Program-made: the position numbers and the translations under genes | Assembly: GCA_017857195.1 (NCBI GenBank) | Contig: JAFMDM010000001.1 | Span: 1-43,108 of the forward strand | Length of the DNA: 43,108 nucleotides | Source of the DNA: Methanobacteriota archaeon | GTDB lineage: Archaea; Thermoproteota; Thermoprotei_A; Sulfolobales; Sulfolobaceae | Direction of reading: 5' to 3' | The notes under the pieces: generated by a model | Databases searched by the model: none | What the model saw: the letters and a program-made list of their open reading frames with translations, nothing else | What the model was told of the DNA's origin: nothing | Shown: in pieces, positions 1-10,404 of the stretch | How positions within the stretch are numbered: position 1 is the first letter of the stretch | Layout: the number at the start of each line of letters is the position of its first letter

Positions 1-1059
1 ATAGGTGCCTGGAGCCCTTTGTAGGAACCTCGAGACGTCCTCACCGCCCATTACAGGCTCTATCTCCAATAACTTAAATCCGGCCTCCTTGAGTAGGGAA
101 GCTGCCTTCTCCGTGACAATGGGATCATTTACTGTCACCGGGTAGGCATCGGCCATGAAACTCACGTGACATTGGGCACCCATTGAACTACACAGGGAAT
201 TAACCATCTCGGCCACCTTAGTCTTCACCATTGATCTCAAGTCCTCGTCAAGTGTCCTTATTGTTCCCTCTAGTACAGCTTGATCTGGTATTATGTTATC
301 CTTGGTACCTGAGTGGAAACTACAGACCGAAATGACAAGGGGCTTAGTCTGAGGTACCACTCTGCTTCTGAGTCCGTAGAGGGTGCTCACTATTTGGGAA
401 CCTATCCATATGGGGTCCACCGTGTCGTCAGGCCTTGAGCCGTGTCCTCCTCTACCCTTAACGATGATCTTAAATGAGTCGGGAGCGGCCATTACTGGCC
501 CAGGCCTATAGCAGATCACTCCAGAGGGGCAGTCTGACACGATGTGGAGCCCAAAGACATGATCAACGTGGGGATCCTCTAGGGCACCGTCCTCTATCAT
601 GGGAAGGGCACCTCCTCTACCACCATCCTCCTCCGCGGGTTGGAAGAGGAACTTCACGGATCCCTTAAGCAGGTCAGCGTTCATTGACAGAACCTCAGCT
701 ACCCCCAAAAGGATGGCGGTGTGAGCGTCGTGACCGCATGCATGCATGACTCCCGGTACCTCGGACTTGAAGGGAAGGTCGGTCATCTCAGAGACCGGTA
801 GGGCATCCATGTCCGCCCTAAGGCCCACCACCTTTCCTTCGCCCTTTCCTCTTAACAATCCCACAACCCCCGTACCTCCCACTCCGGTTCTCACCTCAAG
901 CCCTAGGGACCTCAGCTTAGAGGAAACAAGCTCGGATGTGCGTTTCTCCTGGTATGAAAGCTCCGGGTGTCTATGAATCTCCCTCCTTATGGAGATCACT
1001 TCCCTCTCCACCGCCATGGAACTTTCCACTATCCTTTGAATGATCTGTTTGTCTAACAT
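1..1059 (-). CDS. M20D family amidohydrolase / thermostable carboxypeptidase (3' end beyond window)
   Basis: Absent from the ORF track because it runs off the window. My minus-strand translation from ATG 1059 gives MLDKQIIQRIVESSMAVEREVISIRREIHRHPELSYQE..., with VMHACGHDAH and GGEDVSRFLQRAPGTY at the edge, typical M20D motifs. Confidence 0.92.
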   Translation of the reverse strand, partial: MLDKQIIQRIVESSMAVEREVISIRREIHRHPELSYQEKRTSELVSSKLRSLGLEVRTGVGGTGVVGLLRGKGEGKVVGLRADMDALPVSEMTDLPFKSEVPGVMHACGHDAHTAILLGVAEVLSMNADLLKGSVKFLFQPAEEDGGRGGALPMIEDGALEDPHVDHVFGLHIVSDCPSGVICYRPGPVMAAPDSFKIIVKGRGGHGSRPDDTVDPIWIGSQIVSTLYGLRSRVVPQTKPLVISVCSFHSGTKDNIIPDQAVLEGTIRTLDEDLRSMVKTKVAEMVNSLCSSMGAQCHVSFMADAYPVTVNDPIVTEKAASLLKEAGFKLLEIEPVMGGEDVSRFLQRAPGTY

Positions 1060-1275
1060 AGAGGTTAATCTCCAGAACACCTTTTAAAGAGATTGGAAAG
1101 TTTGTGGCCTTTTGAAGGAATTTCACAGCTAAGAAACGTTAGTAGTTTGGTGGACCGGAGATATTTTCTGGCACAGGAGCCCATCCAGGAGGAGAAAATG
1201 GATGCAAGCTTCAATCTAAACAGTCACGCCTGAAAGGAATATTAGCTCACCCTTTACTATCCACAGGGTCTTAGT

Positions 1276-2349
1276 TTGAAGTCGATTGTTGTTAGACCAC
1301 CCAAGGAAGGAACAGAACTTGTTGAGACCGAGTCTCCTCCTCAACCTGACAAGGGCGAGGTGTTGGTTAGGACTTTACTCACAGGCATATGTGGCACGGA
1401 CAGGGGCATAGTTAACGGTAGACTGAAGTTCGCCAGGCCTCCTCTGAAGAGGGAACAGCTGGTTCTGGGGCACGAGTCCATAGGAGAAGTGGAGGCGATC
1501 GGAGGGGGAGTGGAGCTCTCAAAGGGAGACATCGTTGTCCCGGTGGTGAGGAGAGGATGCGGCGTCTGTCTGAACTGTAAGATCGGAAGACAGGACTTCT
1601 GTGAAACGGGAAACTTCGTGGAGGCCGGTATAAGGGGACATGACGGCTTCATGAGGGAGTTCTTCTTGGATCAGGAGATGTATATGGTGAAGGTACCTCC
1701 CCAACTGAAGGAAATTGGGGTCCTCACCGAACCGCTATCTAACGTGGTCAAGGCCCTGGATCAGCTCTGGTTCCTTCAGAGGAGGACGCTTTGGACCTGT
1801 GAGGACTCCACCTACAACTGCCGGACTGCCCTGGTCATTGGTTCTGGTCCAATAGGACTGCTCTTCTCAATGGCCCTCTCCACAGAGGGATTCAGGGTAA
1901 TTGTACTAAATAGAAGGGATCCCAGTGAGGTGGAATCTAAGATCACGGAACAGATAGGTGTCAAGTTCCTGAAGTTGGACGATGGTGTTCCCCCAGCTGA
2001 CCTAGTTGTTGACACTGCTGGATCCCCTTCCACCTTACTTAGGCTTCTTCCTAAGCTCAAAAACAATGGAGCGGTGATCCTATTTGGTACCACCTCTGGA
2101 GAGAGGGAAGAACTTTCAGCTGACGTGATAACTGAGTTGGTTGAGAGGAACGTTGTTATGGTCGGGAGTGTAAATGCGTCAAAGGAACACTTCCAGAGGG
2201 GAGTTACCTACCTTTCAGTGTGGCATGATAGGTTCCCAGAGGCCCTAAAGTTGATGATAACCTCTGAGGTGAGACCAGAGGAGGCCCCCGAGGTGTTGAA
2301 GGCGAAGTCAAAGGGCGAAATAAAGACTGTCCTAAGGTGGTCACAATGA
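1276..2349 (+). CDS. gdh: Glucose 1-dehydrogenase, Zn-dependent MDR family
   Basis: GICGTD, LGHE, structural Zn CxxCxxC...C, EAGIRGHDGFMRE and GSGPIG Rossmann motif, as in archaeal non-phosphorylative Entner-Doudoroff GDH. TTG start. Confidence 0.88.
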   Translation: MKSIVVRPPKEGTELVETESPPQPDKGEVLVRTLLTGICGTDRGIVNGRLKFARPPLKREQLVLGHESIGEVEAIGGGVELSKGDIVVPVVRRGCGVCLNCKIGRQDFCETGNFVEAGIRGHDGFMREFFLDQEMYMVKVPPQLKEIGVLTEPLSNVVKALDQLWFLQRRTLWTCEDSTYNCRTALVIGSGPIGLLFSMALSTEGFRVIVLNRRDPSEVESKITEQIGVKFLKLDDGVPPADLVVDTAGSPSTLLRLLPKLKNNGAVILFGTTSGEREELSADVITELVERNVVMVGSVNASKEHFQRGVTYLSVWHDRFPEALKLMITSEVRPEEAPEVLKAKSKGEIKTVLRWSQ

Positions 2350-3221
2350 GCGAAATGAAGGACGGCTTCGTCGAAATTAACGGACTAAAGATCTATTATC
2401 GTCTTTACGGGGATGGAGATGTAAAGCTAATTGGACTTCACGGTGGTCCTGGAGGTTCCCTGGACTATCTGGAGCCTCTCGCTGACCTTTCAGAGAGGGG
2501 CGTACAGGTTCTTCTATACGATCAATTTGGATGTGGCAGGTCGAGCGATCCCCCAGATGAGAGTTACTACACAATTGACTACGGGGTGGAGGAGGTCGAG
2601 GGAGTCCGGAAGGCCTTTTTTGGAGACAGGAAGGTGTTCCTCCTAGGCCATTCTTATGGCGGTGCCCTCGCCATAGCATACGCACTTAAGTATCAAAGGA
2701 ACCTCAAGGGACTCATAATCTCAAGCGGACTTTCCAGCGTACCCTTAACAGTGAGGGAGATGGAGAGATTAATTCGTGAACTTCCAGAGCAATACAGAAG
2801 GGCCATTCAGGAACATGGAGAAAGGGGTGAGTATGATCACCCCGACTACTTAAGGGCCACAGAGGAGTTTTACAGGAGACACCTCCTTAGGATGGATGAG
2901 ATGCCAGAACCCGTCAAGAGGACTTTAGACTATACCAAAGAAAGAAGGACTTACAGTATAATGAACGGCCCAAATGAGTTCACAATAACCGGAACCATAA
3001 GGGATTGGGACGTGACCCATAGGTTGGGAGAGATAGGTGTACCCACCCTCATAACAGTTGGTAAATATGATGAGGTAACTCCAGCCGTGGCTGAGGTAAT
3101 ACATTCAGGTATAAGGGGATCTCAAATGGTAATATTCCAGGAGACCTCACATATGGCCCTTTGGGAGGAGAGGAAAAAATTTATAGACGCAGTATATAAC
3201 GTTATATTATCAATTAGGTAA
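2346..3221 (+). CDS. pip: Proline iminopeptidase (tricorn interacting factor F1-like, S33)
   Basis: HGGPG, YDQFGCGRS, GHSYGG nucleophile, GPNEFTITG and GKYDEV. ATG 2346 overlaps the gdh stop (ATGA). Confidence 0.9.
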   Translation: MSEMKDGFVEINGLKIYYRLYGDGDVKLIGLHGGPGGSLDYLEPLADLSERGVQVLLYDQFGCGRSSDPPDESYYTIDYGVEEVEGVRKAFFGDRKVFLLGHSYGGALAIAYALKYQRNLKGLIISSGLSSVPLTVREMERLIRELPEQYRRAIQEHGERGEYDHPDYLRATEEFYRRHLLRMDEMPEPVKRTLDYTKERRTYSIMNGPNEFTITGTIRDWDVTHRLGEIGVPTLITVGKYDEVTPAVAEVIHSGIRGSQMVIFQETSHMALWEERKKFIDAVYNVILSIR

Positions 3222-4851
3222 ACTTAACTCCGCCCTCCCTCAATCCCTTACTTATTCTATACACAGCTATGTAATTTATGATGATAACGGGTAGGGCTGT
3301 CACCAGGGCCGCCGAGCCTAGCTGGCCCCAGTTCACGTATTTGTCACCCAGGGCGTTTAGGGCGAATATTGTGACGGTTTCGGCACCCTGGGGAGGGAAG
3401 GTTAATGACAACGGAGTATCCGTGAGTATGAGGGGAAAGAACAGGGCGTGCCAGGAGAATATGAAGGTCAACACAAACGTGGAGATTAGGGCAGGACCGG
3501 TGAGTGGTACAATCAGCCTGAAGAACTCATTCTTTATATTGAAGACCTCTGCTGCCTCAGAGTAGGATCGTGGGAGATCGGCGAAGGAATTTGTGAGGGT
3601 CCAGACGGCGAAGGTCGCGGTGAATATGGGTATGGACAGCACCAGTGACCAGAATGTATTCACTAGCCCCGCATTATACATGATTATGTATATGGGGACG
3701 GCGAACGAAGTGACCGGCATTGCGTAGAGGAATATTGATAGTGGCAATATCCATCTTCTCCTCCCAACTGAAACCTCATAGGCCGCTGGAGAAGCCAACA
3801 TAACTGAGAAGAGGGCTGCCAACACCGATACTATAATGCTGGATATCATGTAAGGTGTGGACTGTATGAGTGATTGAACGAAATATGACGAGGTCAATCC
3901 AACTGGTGCCAGAACCGGCGGTGCCCTGAAATCCAATGTCGCTTTCCTGAAGGCGACAAGGAACATCCAGTAAACGGGGAACACCAAGAAGAGCAATACT
4001 AGGGCTGTTACTACTCCCAACAGGGGCTTGAACAACGTATCGGGCATCTTCACCTTTAAGGAGGGTAGGATTGCCCTCTTGGATCTCACAATCCTGGTGA
4101 GCAACAGTGCTGGAATGAGTGCCAGTAATGACAACAAGCCCGCGTAGAATGCGCCTCCACTGAGGTTGTTCAGGAGGCTCATTTGCTCATATACTATTAA
4201 TGGAAGAGTTGTAGAGGAGAATCCAGGTCCTCCTCCCGTGAGGATGAAAGGCAAGTCGAAGTTGCCAACCGATAGAGTGAAGGAGAGGAGGAGGGCGACC
4301 AGGAAGGCCTTCCCCACATAGGGGAGGGCTATCTCTCCGTAGTATCTGGAGAGACTGAGACCCATGACCTTGGCCGCCTCCCTCATCTCCTTGGGAACGG
4401 ACCTTAGTGCAGAATACATTATAAGGAAGGGAAGAGGAACGGTGCTCCATACTCCAACCAGCGTAATCCCCCAGATGGCTGTGGACGCCAAGTTCAAGGG
4501 GTCGAACTTAAGTCCCAAGAGGTATGTGAACCATCCATAACCCCCGTACAGGCTTATCCCCCATATGAGGGCTGATGAGGTGAACGGTATGGAGTAGGGA
4601 AGCATCACCAGGGCCGAGGTCACCCTCCCCTCAAGGGCATCAGCGGAAATTGCCAGGAGTAACCCTAAACCAGAAGAGGCCAGGGCCGTAACCACTGAGA
4701 AGATTATGGTGTTATACATCACCAAGCCAACAGGTAGCCCCTTCACTGCCTGTGAGATGCCCGAGGGATTTAAACCTATTAAGAAGGTCCAGATGAAGGG
4801 GACAAGACCCAAAATAAAAATGTAAACGAGGTAGGGGAGGGAGTACCTCAC
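3214..4851 (-). CDS. Carbohydrate ABC transporter permease, two fused permease domains
   Basis: 545 aa hydrophobic protein with two EAA loops (VPKEMREAAKVMG; LPRSYSEAAEVFN) and FILTGGGPG. Confidence 0.88.
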   Translation of the reverse strand: MRYSLPYLVYIFILGLVPFIWTFLIGLNPSGISQAVKGLPVGLVMYNTIIFSVVTALASSGLGLLLAISADALEGRVTSALVMLPYSIPFTSSALIWGISLYGGYGWFTYLLGLKFDPLNLASTAIWGITLVGVWSTVPLPFLIMYSALRSVPKEMREAAKVMGLSLSRYYGEIALPYVGKAFLVALLLSFTLSVGNFDLPFILTGGGPGFSSTTLPLIVYEQMSLLNNLSGGAFYAGLLSLLALIPALLLTRIVRSKRAILPSLKVKMPDTLFKPLLGVVTALVLLFLVFPVYWMFLVAFRKATLDFRAPPVLAPVGLTSSYFVQSLIQSTPYMISSIIVSVLAALFSVMLASPAAYEVSVGRRRWILPLSIFLYAMPVTSFAVPIYIIMYNAGLVNTFWSLVLSIPIFTATFAVWTLTNSFADLPRSYSEAAEVFNIKNEFFRLIVPLTGPALISTFVLTFIFSWHALFFPLILTDTPLSLTFPPQGAETVTIFALNALGDKYVNWGQLGSAALVTALPVIIINYIAVYRISKGLREGGVKFT

Positions 4852-4855
4852 CTGC

Positions 4856-6241
4856 TCACCCTAGGTACTTAACCCAGGATTCGGCCGCCGATTGAAGTAC
4901 TTGGGTGGCGTTGGTGTTCTGTCCTGTCAGATAGTTGTAAACCTGTCCGTTAAAGGTCGGAATTAAATAGGAATAAGTGGGCGGTATGTTAGGCGGATTC
5001 GCATAGGCAACTTGGGCGTATTGGTATATGGTCTGCAGCTCCTGCCTCTGGGACTGAGTCAAGGAGGAGTTGGACAGGATGTCCGTGTAAACTGATCTTA
5101 GAACGGGGAAGTCGTGGAACTTATAGTATAGCACCTCCTGCATTTGCTTTGACAGCAGGAACTGGAGGAACTCCAAGGCCAACGCCTTATGATGAGAGAA
5201 CTTGCTTATTCCTAGAAAGTCGGTTCCAGTTTCCATGTATCCTCCTGGCAGTGGAGCTACTCCAGTTACCGAGGAAACATTGGATGGGAAGTGGGCAATT
5301 TGAGTGGAGAAGACGAAGGCACCTGGAGAAACTCCCTCCTCATAGAGGGTGATGATGTTGTCATAGTCCACCTGAAGTTGAAGTGGTGAGGGCTCGTAAC
5401 TCACTAGTTTTGCGTATGTCTCCAACGCCTCCACTCCTGCGCTGGAATTGAAGCTTGGCAGAGGATAGTTGAAACCCTTTGGAACGTAACCTGTGAACAT
5501 TATATTGTACCCTGCTATACCGTTCGGGTTCCCTCCTGTGAGGTTAGCGTCCCTGGAGTAATACCAATAGTAAACCGCCGGGTAGGCATCAATTATGCCA
5601 TGGGACTCGTGGTCGTCTATGAGGAAGCCGTACTTCGTGATGTGATGAGAGGTCAGGAATTGATCCGCATAGATTACGTCGGTCCAATTCTGCCATGTTA
5701 GAGGTGAGAAATTGACGTGGTACTGCTGCTGGAACTCTGATGCGAGCGTTTGATTGTCGAATATGGATTTGTTATATATCATGAGGTATACCGCGGTGGT
5801 CAGGGCTACACCTATGTTCTCCTGCTCACCTGTGGTCGAATTATAAATCACACCTCCAAAGAATTCCTGCGCCTGAAGTAGGTCGGAGAAGTTGAAACTA
5901 TTGTTTAGAGGTAATAGATAGGGAGAAACGGATTGAGCCGATGTGGAGGTGAAGCCCACCAGATCGTATTGAGAGGAATGAGCTTGTAGCACTGTGAGCT
6001 GCTTATCTATATACTCGCTAAAGGGTTCTCCTATTACATTGATCTTGACGCCGGGATGCTGATTATCGAACTGTTGAGCTGCGTACTGGAGGAAGGTGCA
6101 TAGGTTTCCGCTGAAGTAAACGAAATTTAATGTCACCACCTTCGAGGAGGAGTTAAGAAGGTACGCGAACGAGGCGACAGCTGCCACTATTACTACCACC
6201 ACTATTATGGTGGCCAGGGCCATCCTGGAAATAGCTCTCAT
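4856..6241 (-). CDS. Carbohydrate ABC transporter solute-binding protein with class III signal peptide
   Basis: MRA|ISRMALATIIVVVV N-terminus, FNSSAGVEAL, GTDFLGISK and many N-x-S/T sequons. Directly upstream of the permease. Start placed at ATG 6241. Confidence 0.85.
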   Translation of the reverse strand: MRAISRMALATIIVVVVIVAAVASFAYLLNSSSKVVTLNFVYFSGNLCTFLQYAAQQFDNQHPGVKINVIGEPFSEYIDKQLTVLQAHSSQYDLVGFTSTSAQSVSPYLLPLNNSFNFSDLLQAQEFFGGVIYNSTTGEQENIGVALTTAVYLMIYNKSIFDNQTLASEFQQQYHVNFSPLTWQNWTDVIYADQFLTSHHITKYGFLIDDHESHGIIDAYPAVYYWYYSRDANLTGGNPNGIAGYNIMFTGYVPKGFNYPLPSFNSSAGVEALETYAKLVSYEPSPLQLQVDYDNIITLYEEGVSPGAFVFSTQIAHFPSNVSSVTGVAPLPGGYMETGTDFLGISKFSHHKALALEFLQFLLSKQMQEVLYYKFHDFPVLRSVYTDILSNSSLTQSQRQELQTIYQYAQVAYANPPNIPPTYSYLIPTFNGQVYNYLTGQNTNATQVLQSAAESWVKYLG

Positions 6242-6282
6242 TTGTCTCAAGAAAAGGAAAGTTGGCTAGGTAAAAAGGGTGA

Positions 6283-7851
6283 CTAGTACTCTCCTCTCTT
6301 CCTTATGAGTGTCACTCCGCTCCAGTAGCCCCAATAGTAAAAGCCCAAGGTTATCGCCACGAAGATCACGTTATCCCAGGGAAAAGGCAGGTAACCTTTT
6401 CCACCGAAGTAGGAGCTACTACTGTAGGATATGGCCAATATGGCCAGCATATATACTGGCAACCACAGGCCGTACTTCATCTCAGCCCAGGTCAGTCCCT
6501 TGTACCTCGCGTAGAACACGAGGAAGGCTAAACCTAGAAATACAGTCGTCAAGAGTATTGACGTTGTCTGCCAGCCTGACCAGAATATGATTAACCCTGA
6601 GACGACAAAAGCAATTGGTGAAAGTACCTTGTAAGCTGGCAACCTATACGGACGTTGAACGTTGGGATTAGTCTTCCTGAGCACGGCTAAACTGACCGCC
6701 CCGGGAGCGTAAGCGAAGAGAAGGCCGTCCACCACCAGGCTAAATATTGAGGAGAAGGAGGGGAAAAGCCCGAGGAAAATGAGGGACACAATCAACGAAA
6801 GCGTGGTGGCCGCTATGGGTATTCCCTTACCGCTCATCCTCGTTAGGAACCTGGGAAACGCGTTATCATACTTGGAGAGAGCGTATGCTACCCTTGACGC
6901 TCCACCAAAGTATATCACACCGTCCTTGAATGAGGCGATGACCGCCAACACCAACGCGGCTATACCCACACTTACGAGACCTAGGGCGTCAGACGCAGAA
7001 ACGTAAGGAAAGGCTAAGCTGTTTAAGCCCGACCAATCACCTTCCTTCAATCCCAAGGCCGACCAATTTATGGTTCCCGCAAATACGAAGCTCTCCAGTA
7101 TATAAATTATGAACACAAGAATTAGGGTGATAAGTATGGCTCTGGGTACGGACTTTCCAGGATCCTTGAGTTCCTCTGCGTAGTCCACTGGTTGCCTGAA
7201 TCCTCCGTACCCATATATTGTGGCCGAGGTGGCTAGAAACACACCGGTTATCCCAAATGGAAGGAAACCTCCCCAGGCAGGATCGTTGAGGGAGGACACC
7301 CTCACATGTACCCCTAGAGCCACGATGAGGAGGGCCAGCAGTCCTATTGTTAAGATAGTTAATCCATTGTTTATTTCTGCTAATCGTTTTATTCTTAATA
7401 TATTTATTAAGTAAACTAATATTATACCTACTCCGGTTACGCCTATTCCCAAGGGAGTAAGGGTTTGAGTCGTACTGGAGTAAAGGGATGGAATGAAGTA
7501 GCTGAGGTACTGAACTAGGGCGATAATTATGGACGCTGAGGCCAGGGTGTAGCCTATATAGGCGCCCCATCCGTTAAGCACTCCCACAAGGGGTCCGTTA
7601 CTCTTGTACGGATAATAACCCACCCCTCCAGCCTTGGGCCAGGCGGTGCCCAACTCCACGTAAACCAAGGCAACTGGAAGAATCATGAATAGGGCGACTA
7701 TCCAGCCCAATATGCCTGCCGGGCCTCCAACCGCCAACACGCTCACTGGCGTGAAGGCCACCGCCGGTCCCAGAATGGCACCTGTGGCCAAAAAAACAAC
7801 TGACCAGAATCCTATCTCCTTCCTAAAACCTCCCTTTCTTTCCTCTGCCAT
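6283..7851 (-). CDS. APC family amino acid permease
   Basis: GAILG in TM1, ELGTAWPKAGG, YGYGGFR...AEE and RPYRLP; highly hydrophobic. Start placed at ATG 7851. Confidence 0.9.
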   Translation of the reverse strand: MAEERKGGFRKEIGFWSVVFLATGAILGPAVAFTPVSVLAVGGPAGILGWIVALFMILPVALVYVELGTAWPKAGGVGYYPYKSNGPLVGVLNGWGAYIGYTLASASIIIALVQYLSYFIPSLYSSTTQTLTPLGIGVTGVGIILVYLINILRIKRLAEINNGLTILTIGLLALLIVALGVHVRVSSLNDPAWGGFLPFGITGVFLATSATIYGYGGFRQPVDYAEELKDPGKSVPRAILITLILVFIIYILESFVFAGTINWSALGLKEGDWSGLNSLAFPYVSASDALGLVSVGIAALVLAVIASFKDGVIYFGGASRVAYALSKYDNAFPRFLTRMSGKGIPIAATTLSLIVSLIFLGLFPSFSSIFSLVVDGLLFAYAPGAVSLAVLRKTNPNVQRPYRLPAYKVLSPIAFVVSGLIIFWSGWQTTSILLTTVFLGLAFLVFYARYKGLTWAEMKYGLWLPVYMLAILAISYSSSSYFGGKGYLPFPWDNVIFVAITLGFYYWGYWSGVTLIRKRGEY

Positions 7852-8019
7852 ACTAAATAACCTCACTAAAAGGGAGCAAAAATCTCTCCTGCTGTTCTAT
7901 ATCTTTTTTAATTGTTATAATCATATAGAGAACATTCATTAACTTGGATATAAGCTTTTTTGAGAGAATCGAAGGAGAACTGGGTTTCACGCTTATATTA
8001 TGGAAAAGTTAGTATGCTT

Positions 8020-9204
8020 ATGAATCCACAGGAATTGCTGACTGACGTTCCCAAGAGGGTCGAGAACCCAGACCTAAACAACATTCTCGCTTACACGGTG
8101 AAGCCGGACGTCATTAATTTAGCAGGAGGGCTTCCTGACCCTGCTGTTTTCCCGAGCGAACCACTGAGGGATATAGCTGAGAGGGTACTGAAGGAAAACT
8201 ATGCGGCGGCTTTACAATATTCTCCAGCCACTGGGGTACCTGAATTCAAGAGGGAGATAATCTCTTTCCTGTCCCGGAACCTGGGTGTCGAGGCAAAGGA
8301 AGATCAGCTTCTTGTAACATCTGGTTCCCAGGAGGCCCTATTTGCACTGGCCATGTCGATCTTCAGACCTGGGGATGTGGTTTTCACGGAGAATCCAACA
8401 TATTATGTTGCGGTGAGTTTATTCAAGGCCTTTGAGGCCGTCCCCGTGGGGGCACCAATGCCCTCTGGTCAGTTGGATGTCAACGTATTGGAGCGAAAGA
8501 TAAAGGAGGTAGAACCGAAAAGGAGAAAGCTCATATACGTCATGCCTAACGCACAGAATCCTACCGGAGCGTCAATGACAGAGGAGACAAAGAGACACCT
8601 CTTGGAGGTGGCGGAAAGGTACGGACTACCTGTGGTGGAGGACGATCCCTACGGGATGATAAACTATGAGGGTAAGTCTCCTAGGCCACTCAAGGCAATG
8701 GATAGGAACAACCAAGTTATCTATATGTCAACCATGAGTAAGGTATTGGCCCCAGGGCTCAGGCTTGGTTGGATGATAGGAGACAAGGAGCTCGTAAATG
8801 CGGTATCTAACGTGAAGCAAGTTATAGATCTTAACACCAACACCCTCTCACAATACGTAGCGGCCTATGCCCTGAGGGGGAGGGTCATAGAAAACAATCT
8901 GAACAACATAAAAAGGGTCTACACTTCCAAGAGGAACGCCATGGTTGACGAGCTTAGGGACTCCTTCGGTGATAGGACTGACTTCGTGAAACCCGAGAGC
9001 GGTATGTTCGTCTTCTCCTTCTTCAAGGGAGTGAACACCAGGGAATCGCTGAAGGAAGCGGTAAAGAGGTCAGTGCTTTACCTTCCAGGAGATGCGTTGT
9101 ACGTCTCAGATCCACGATACGATGCAGCGAGGCTGAACTTCACCTACCCCTCAGAGGACAAGATAAAGGAGGGTATTAGGAGACTAAGACAGGCATTCTA
9201 CTGA
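8020..9204 (+). CDS. PLP-dependent aminotransferase class I/II (LysN/ARO8/kynurenine aminotransferase-like)
   Basis: INLAGGLPD, TSGSQEAL, NAQNPTG, EDDPY, PLP-lysine motif STMSKVLAPGLRLGW and ARLNF. TTATAT at 7993 suggests a start at ATG 8020 (or 8014). Confidence 0.9.
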   Translation: MNPQELLTDVPKRVENPDLNNILAYTVKPDVINLAGGLPDPAVFPSEPLRDIAERVLKENYAAALQYSPATGVPEFKREIISFLSRNLGVEAKEDQLLVTSGSQEALFALAMSIFRPGDVVFTENPTYYVAVSLFKAFEAVPVGAPMPSGQLDVNVLERKIKEVEPKRRKLIYVMPNAQNPTGASMTEETKRHLLEVAERYGLPVVEDDPYGMINYEGKSPRPLKAMDRNNQVIYMSTMSKVLAPGLRLGWMIGDKELVNAVSNVKQVIDLNTNTLSQYVAAYALRGRVIENNLNNIKRVYTSKRNAMVDELRDSFGDRTDFVKPESGMFVFSFFKGVNTRESLKEAVKRSVLYLPGDALYVSDPRYDAARLNFTYPSEDKIKEGIRRLRQAFY

Positions 9205-9698
9205 GCCTGTCTTGTCTCGACCTCAATGGGGTTCCTTATGGCGTAGAGGGCTGGGCATTTTCTCTCGGCCTTCCTTATTTGTTCCCTAATGTCTTTGTCA
9301 GCGTCAACCTCAAGTACAAGCTTCTTTATGATAGGGGCATCAGACTCCACCACAACCGGACCTACGTCATAGTATAGGTGGCCTGTTACCTTCAATTTGC
9401 TCAACGTCACTCCGTCCAAGGCACACTGTATGGCCAATGTGGATGCGTAGCAGGACATTACGCCAAATAGTACATAGCTTAACGGACTGACGTGAATTCC
9501 CTGTCCTCCCAAGAGCTTGGGTTCATCGGCAGTTACTATGAACGTTGAGTGTTCTGACTTAATTTCACCAACGAACATGGGACTTCCCTCAAACCTGAAT
9601 TCCCCAGTCAGGTGTTTCTCTACTCTTATTCCACCCTCGCCCTCAGCCTTACGTTTGGCCTGAAGGATGGCATCAAGGTCTATGTTATTTACCCTCAT
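9198..9698 (-). CDS. OsmC/Ohr-like protein
   Basis: ADEPKLLGG-G..SPL..L...SC and AERKCP, the two conserved Cys of the family. Confidence 0.85.
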   Translation of the reverse strand: MRVNNIDLDAILQAKRKAEGEGGIRVEKHLTGEFRFEGSPMFVGEIKSEHSTFIVTADEPKLLGGQGIHVSPLSYVLFGVMSCYASTLAIQCALDGVTLSKLKVTGHLYYDVGPVVVESDAPIIKKLVLEVDADKDIREQIRKAERKCPALYAIRNPIEVETRQAQ

Positions 9699-9700
9699 TC

Positions 9701-10351
9701 CTATTCCTCTATGGCCACGACCCTCGCTGAACTACCGCTCGCACCTTTTATTTTCAAGGGAAGAGCCACGATGGTATACCTCTTTCCTTCCTGAAGCTGC
9801 TCGAGGCCGTAAAGGTCCTCTATGATGGCTGCACCGGCGCCCAACAATAGTTTATGAACGTGAAAGTCCTTATGTTCGTAGGGTTCTATGCTGAGCGTGT
9901 CTATTCCGATCAGTCTAACCTTATGATCTAGGAGGAACTGGGCAGCGTCAAGTGTGAGCCCAGGAAATTCGTAGAGAAATTCCCTTGTGAACGCCCTCTT
10001 CTTGCTCCAGCCAGTGTTGAAGAGGATAGTGGAACCGTCGTACTCCTCTTTCCACAGTGCCTTCAGGGATTCCGCCGTTATCTCCTTTCCCCTCAACCTA
10101 GGGGTGAGACAATAGCCATTGTTTACAAGGGTGGAGAGATCCAACCCATCAACCGTTGCCCCCCTCTCATCGAAATGATAAGGTGCGTCTATATGGGTCC
10201 CAGTGTGGGTGGAGAAGGAGAGCGTCTCAATGCTATATCCGTCTCTACTTACTATTCCAGTGGGCACTATTTCCACGGTGGGATGGGTTGGCCACACCGG
10301 CATGTGGGGGCTGAGGGTTACACTTAGGTCATACACTTTCTTTCCTGCCAA
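9701..10351 (-). CDS. Cyclase family metal-dependent hydrolase (kynurenine formamidase KynB-like)
   Basis: HTGTHIDAPYHF signature, GIDTLS, IIEDL and ALPLKIKGASGS. Confidence 0.9.
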   Translation of the reverse strand: MAGKKVYDLSVTLSPHMPVWPTHPTVEIVPTGIVSRDGYSIETLSFSTHTGTHIDAPYHFDERGATVDGLDLSTLVNNGYCLTPRLRGKEITAESLKALWKEEYDGSTILFNTGWSKKRAFTREFLYEFPGLTLDAAQFLLDHKVRLIGIDTLSIEPYEHKDFHVHKLLLGAGAAIIEDLYGLEQLQEGKRYTIVALPLKIKGASGSSARVVAIEE

Positions 10352-10404
10352 GTGACATCATTAAAAATTAGTTTGACAAAAATAAAAGAGTTTCCAAATG
10401 AGGA

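Noticed and set aside
474-976. Plus-strand ORFs of 64 and 76 aa
   Set aside because: Antisense shadows of the M20 amidohydrolase gene.
7960-10351. Complete kynurenine (tryptophan degradation) pathway
   Set aside because: Only KynB-like and aminotransferase genes are present; no tryptophan dioxygenase or kynureninase in the window.
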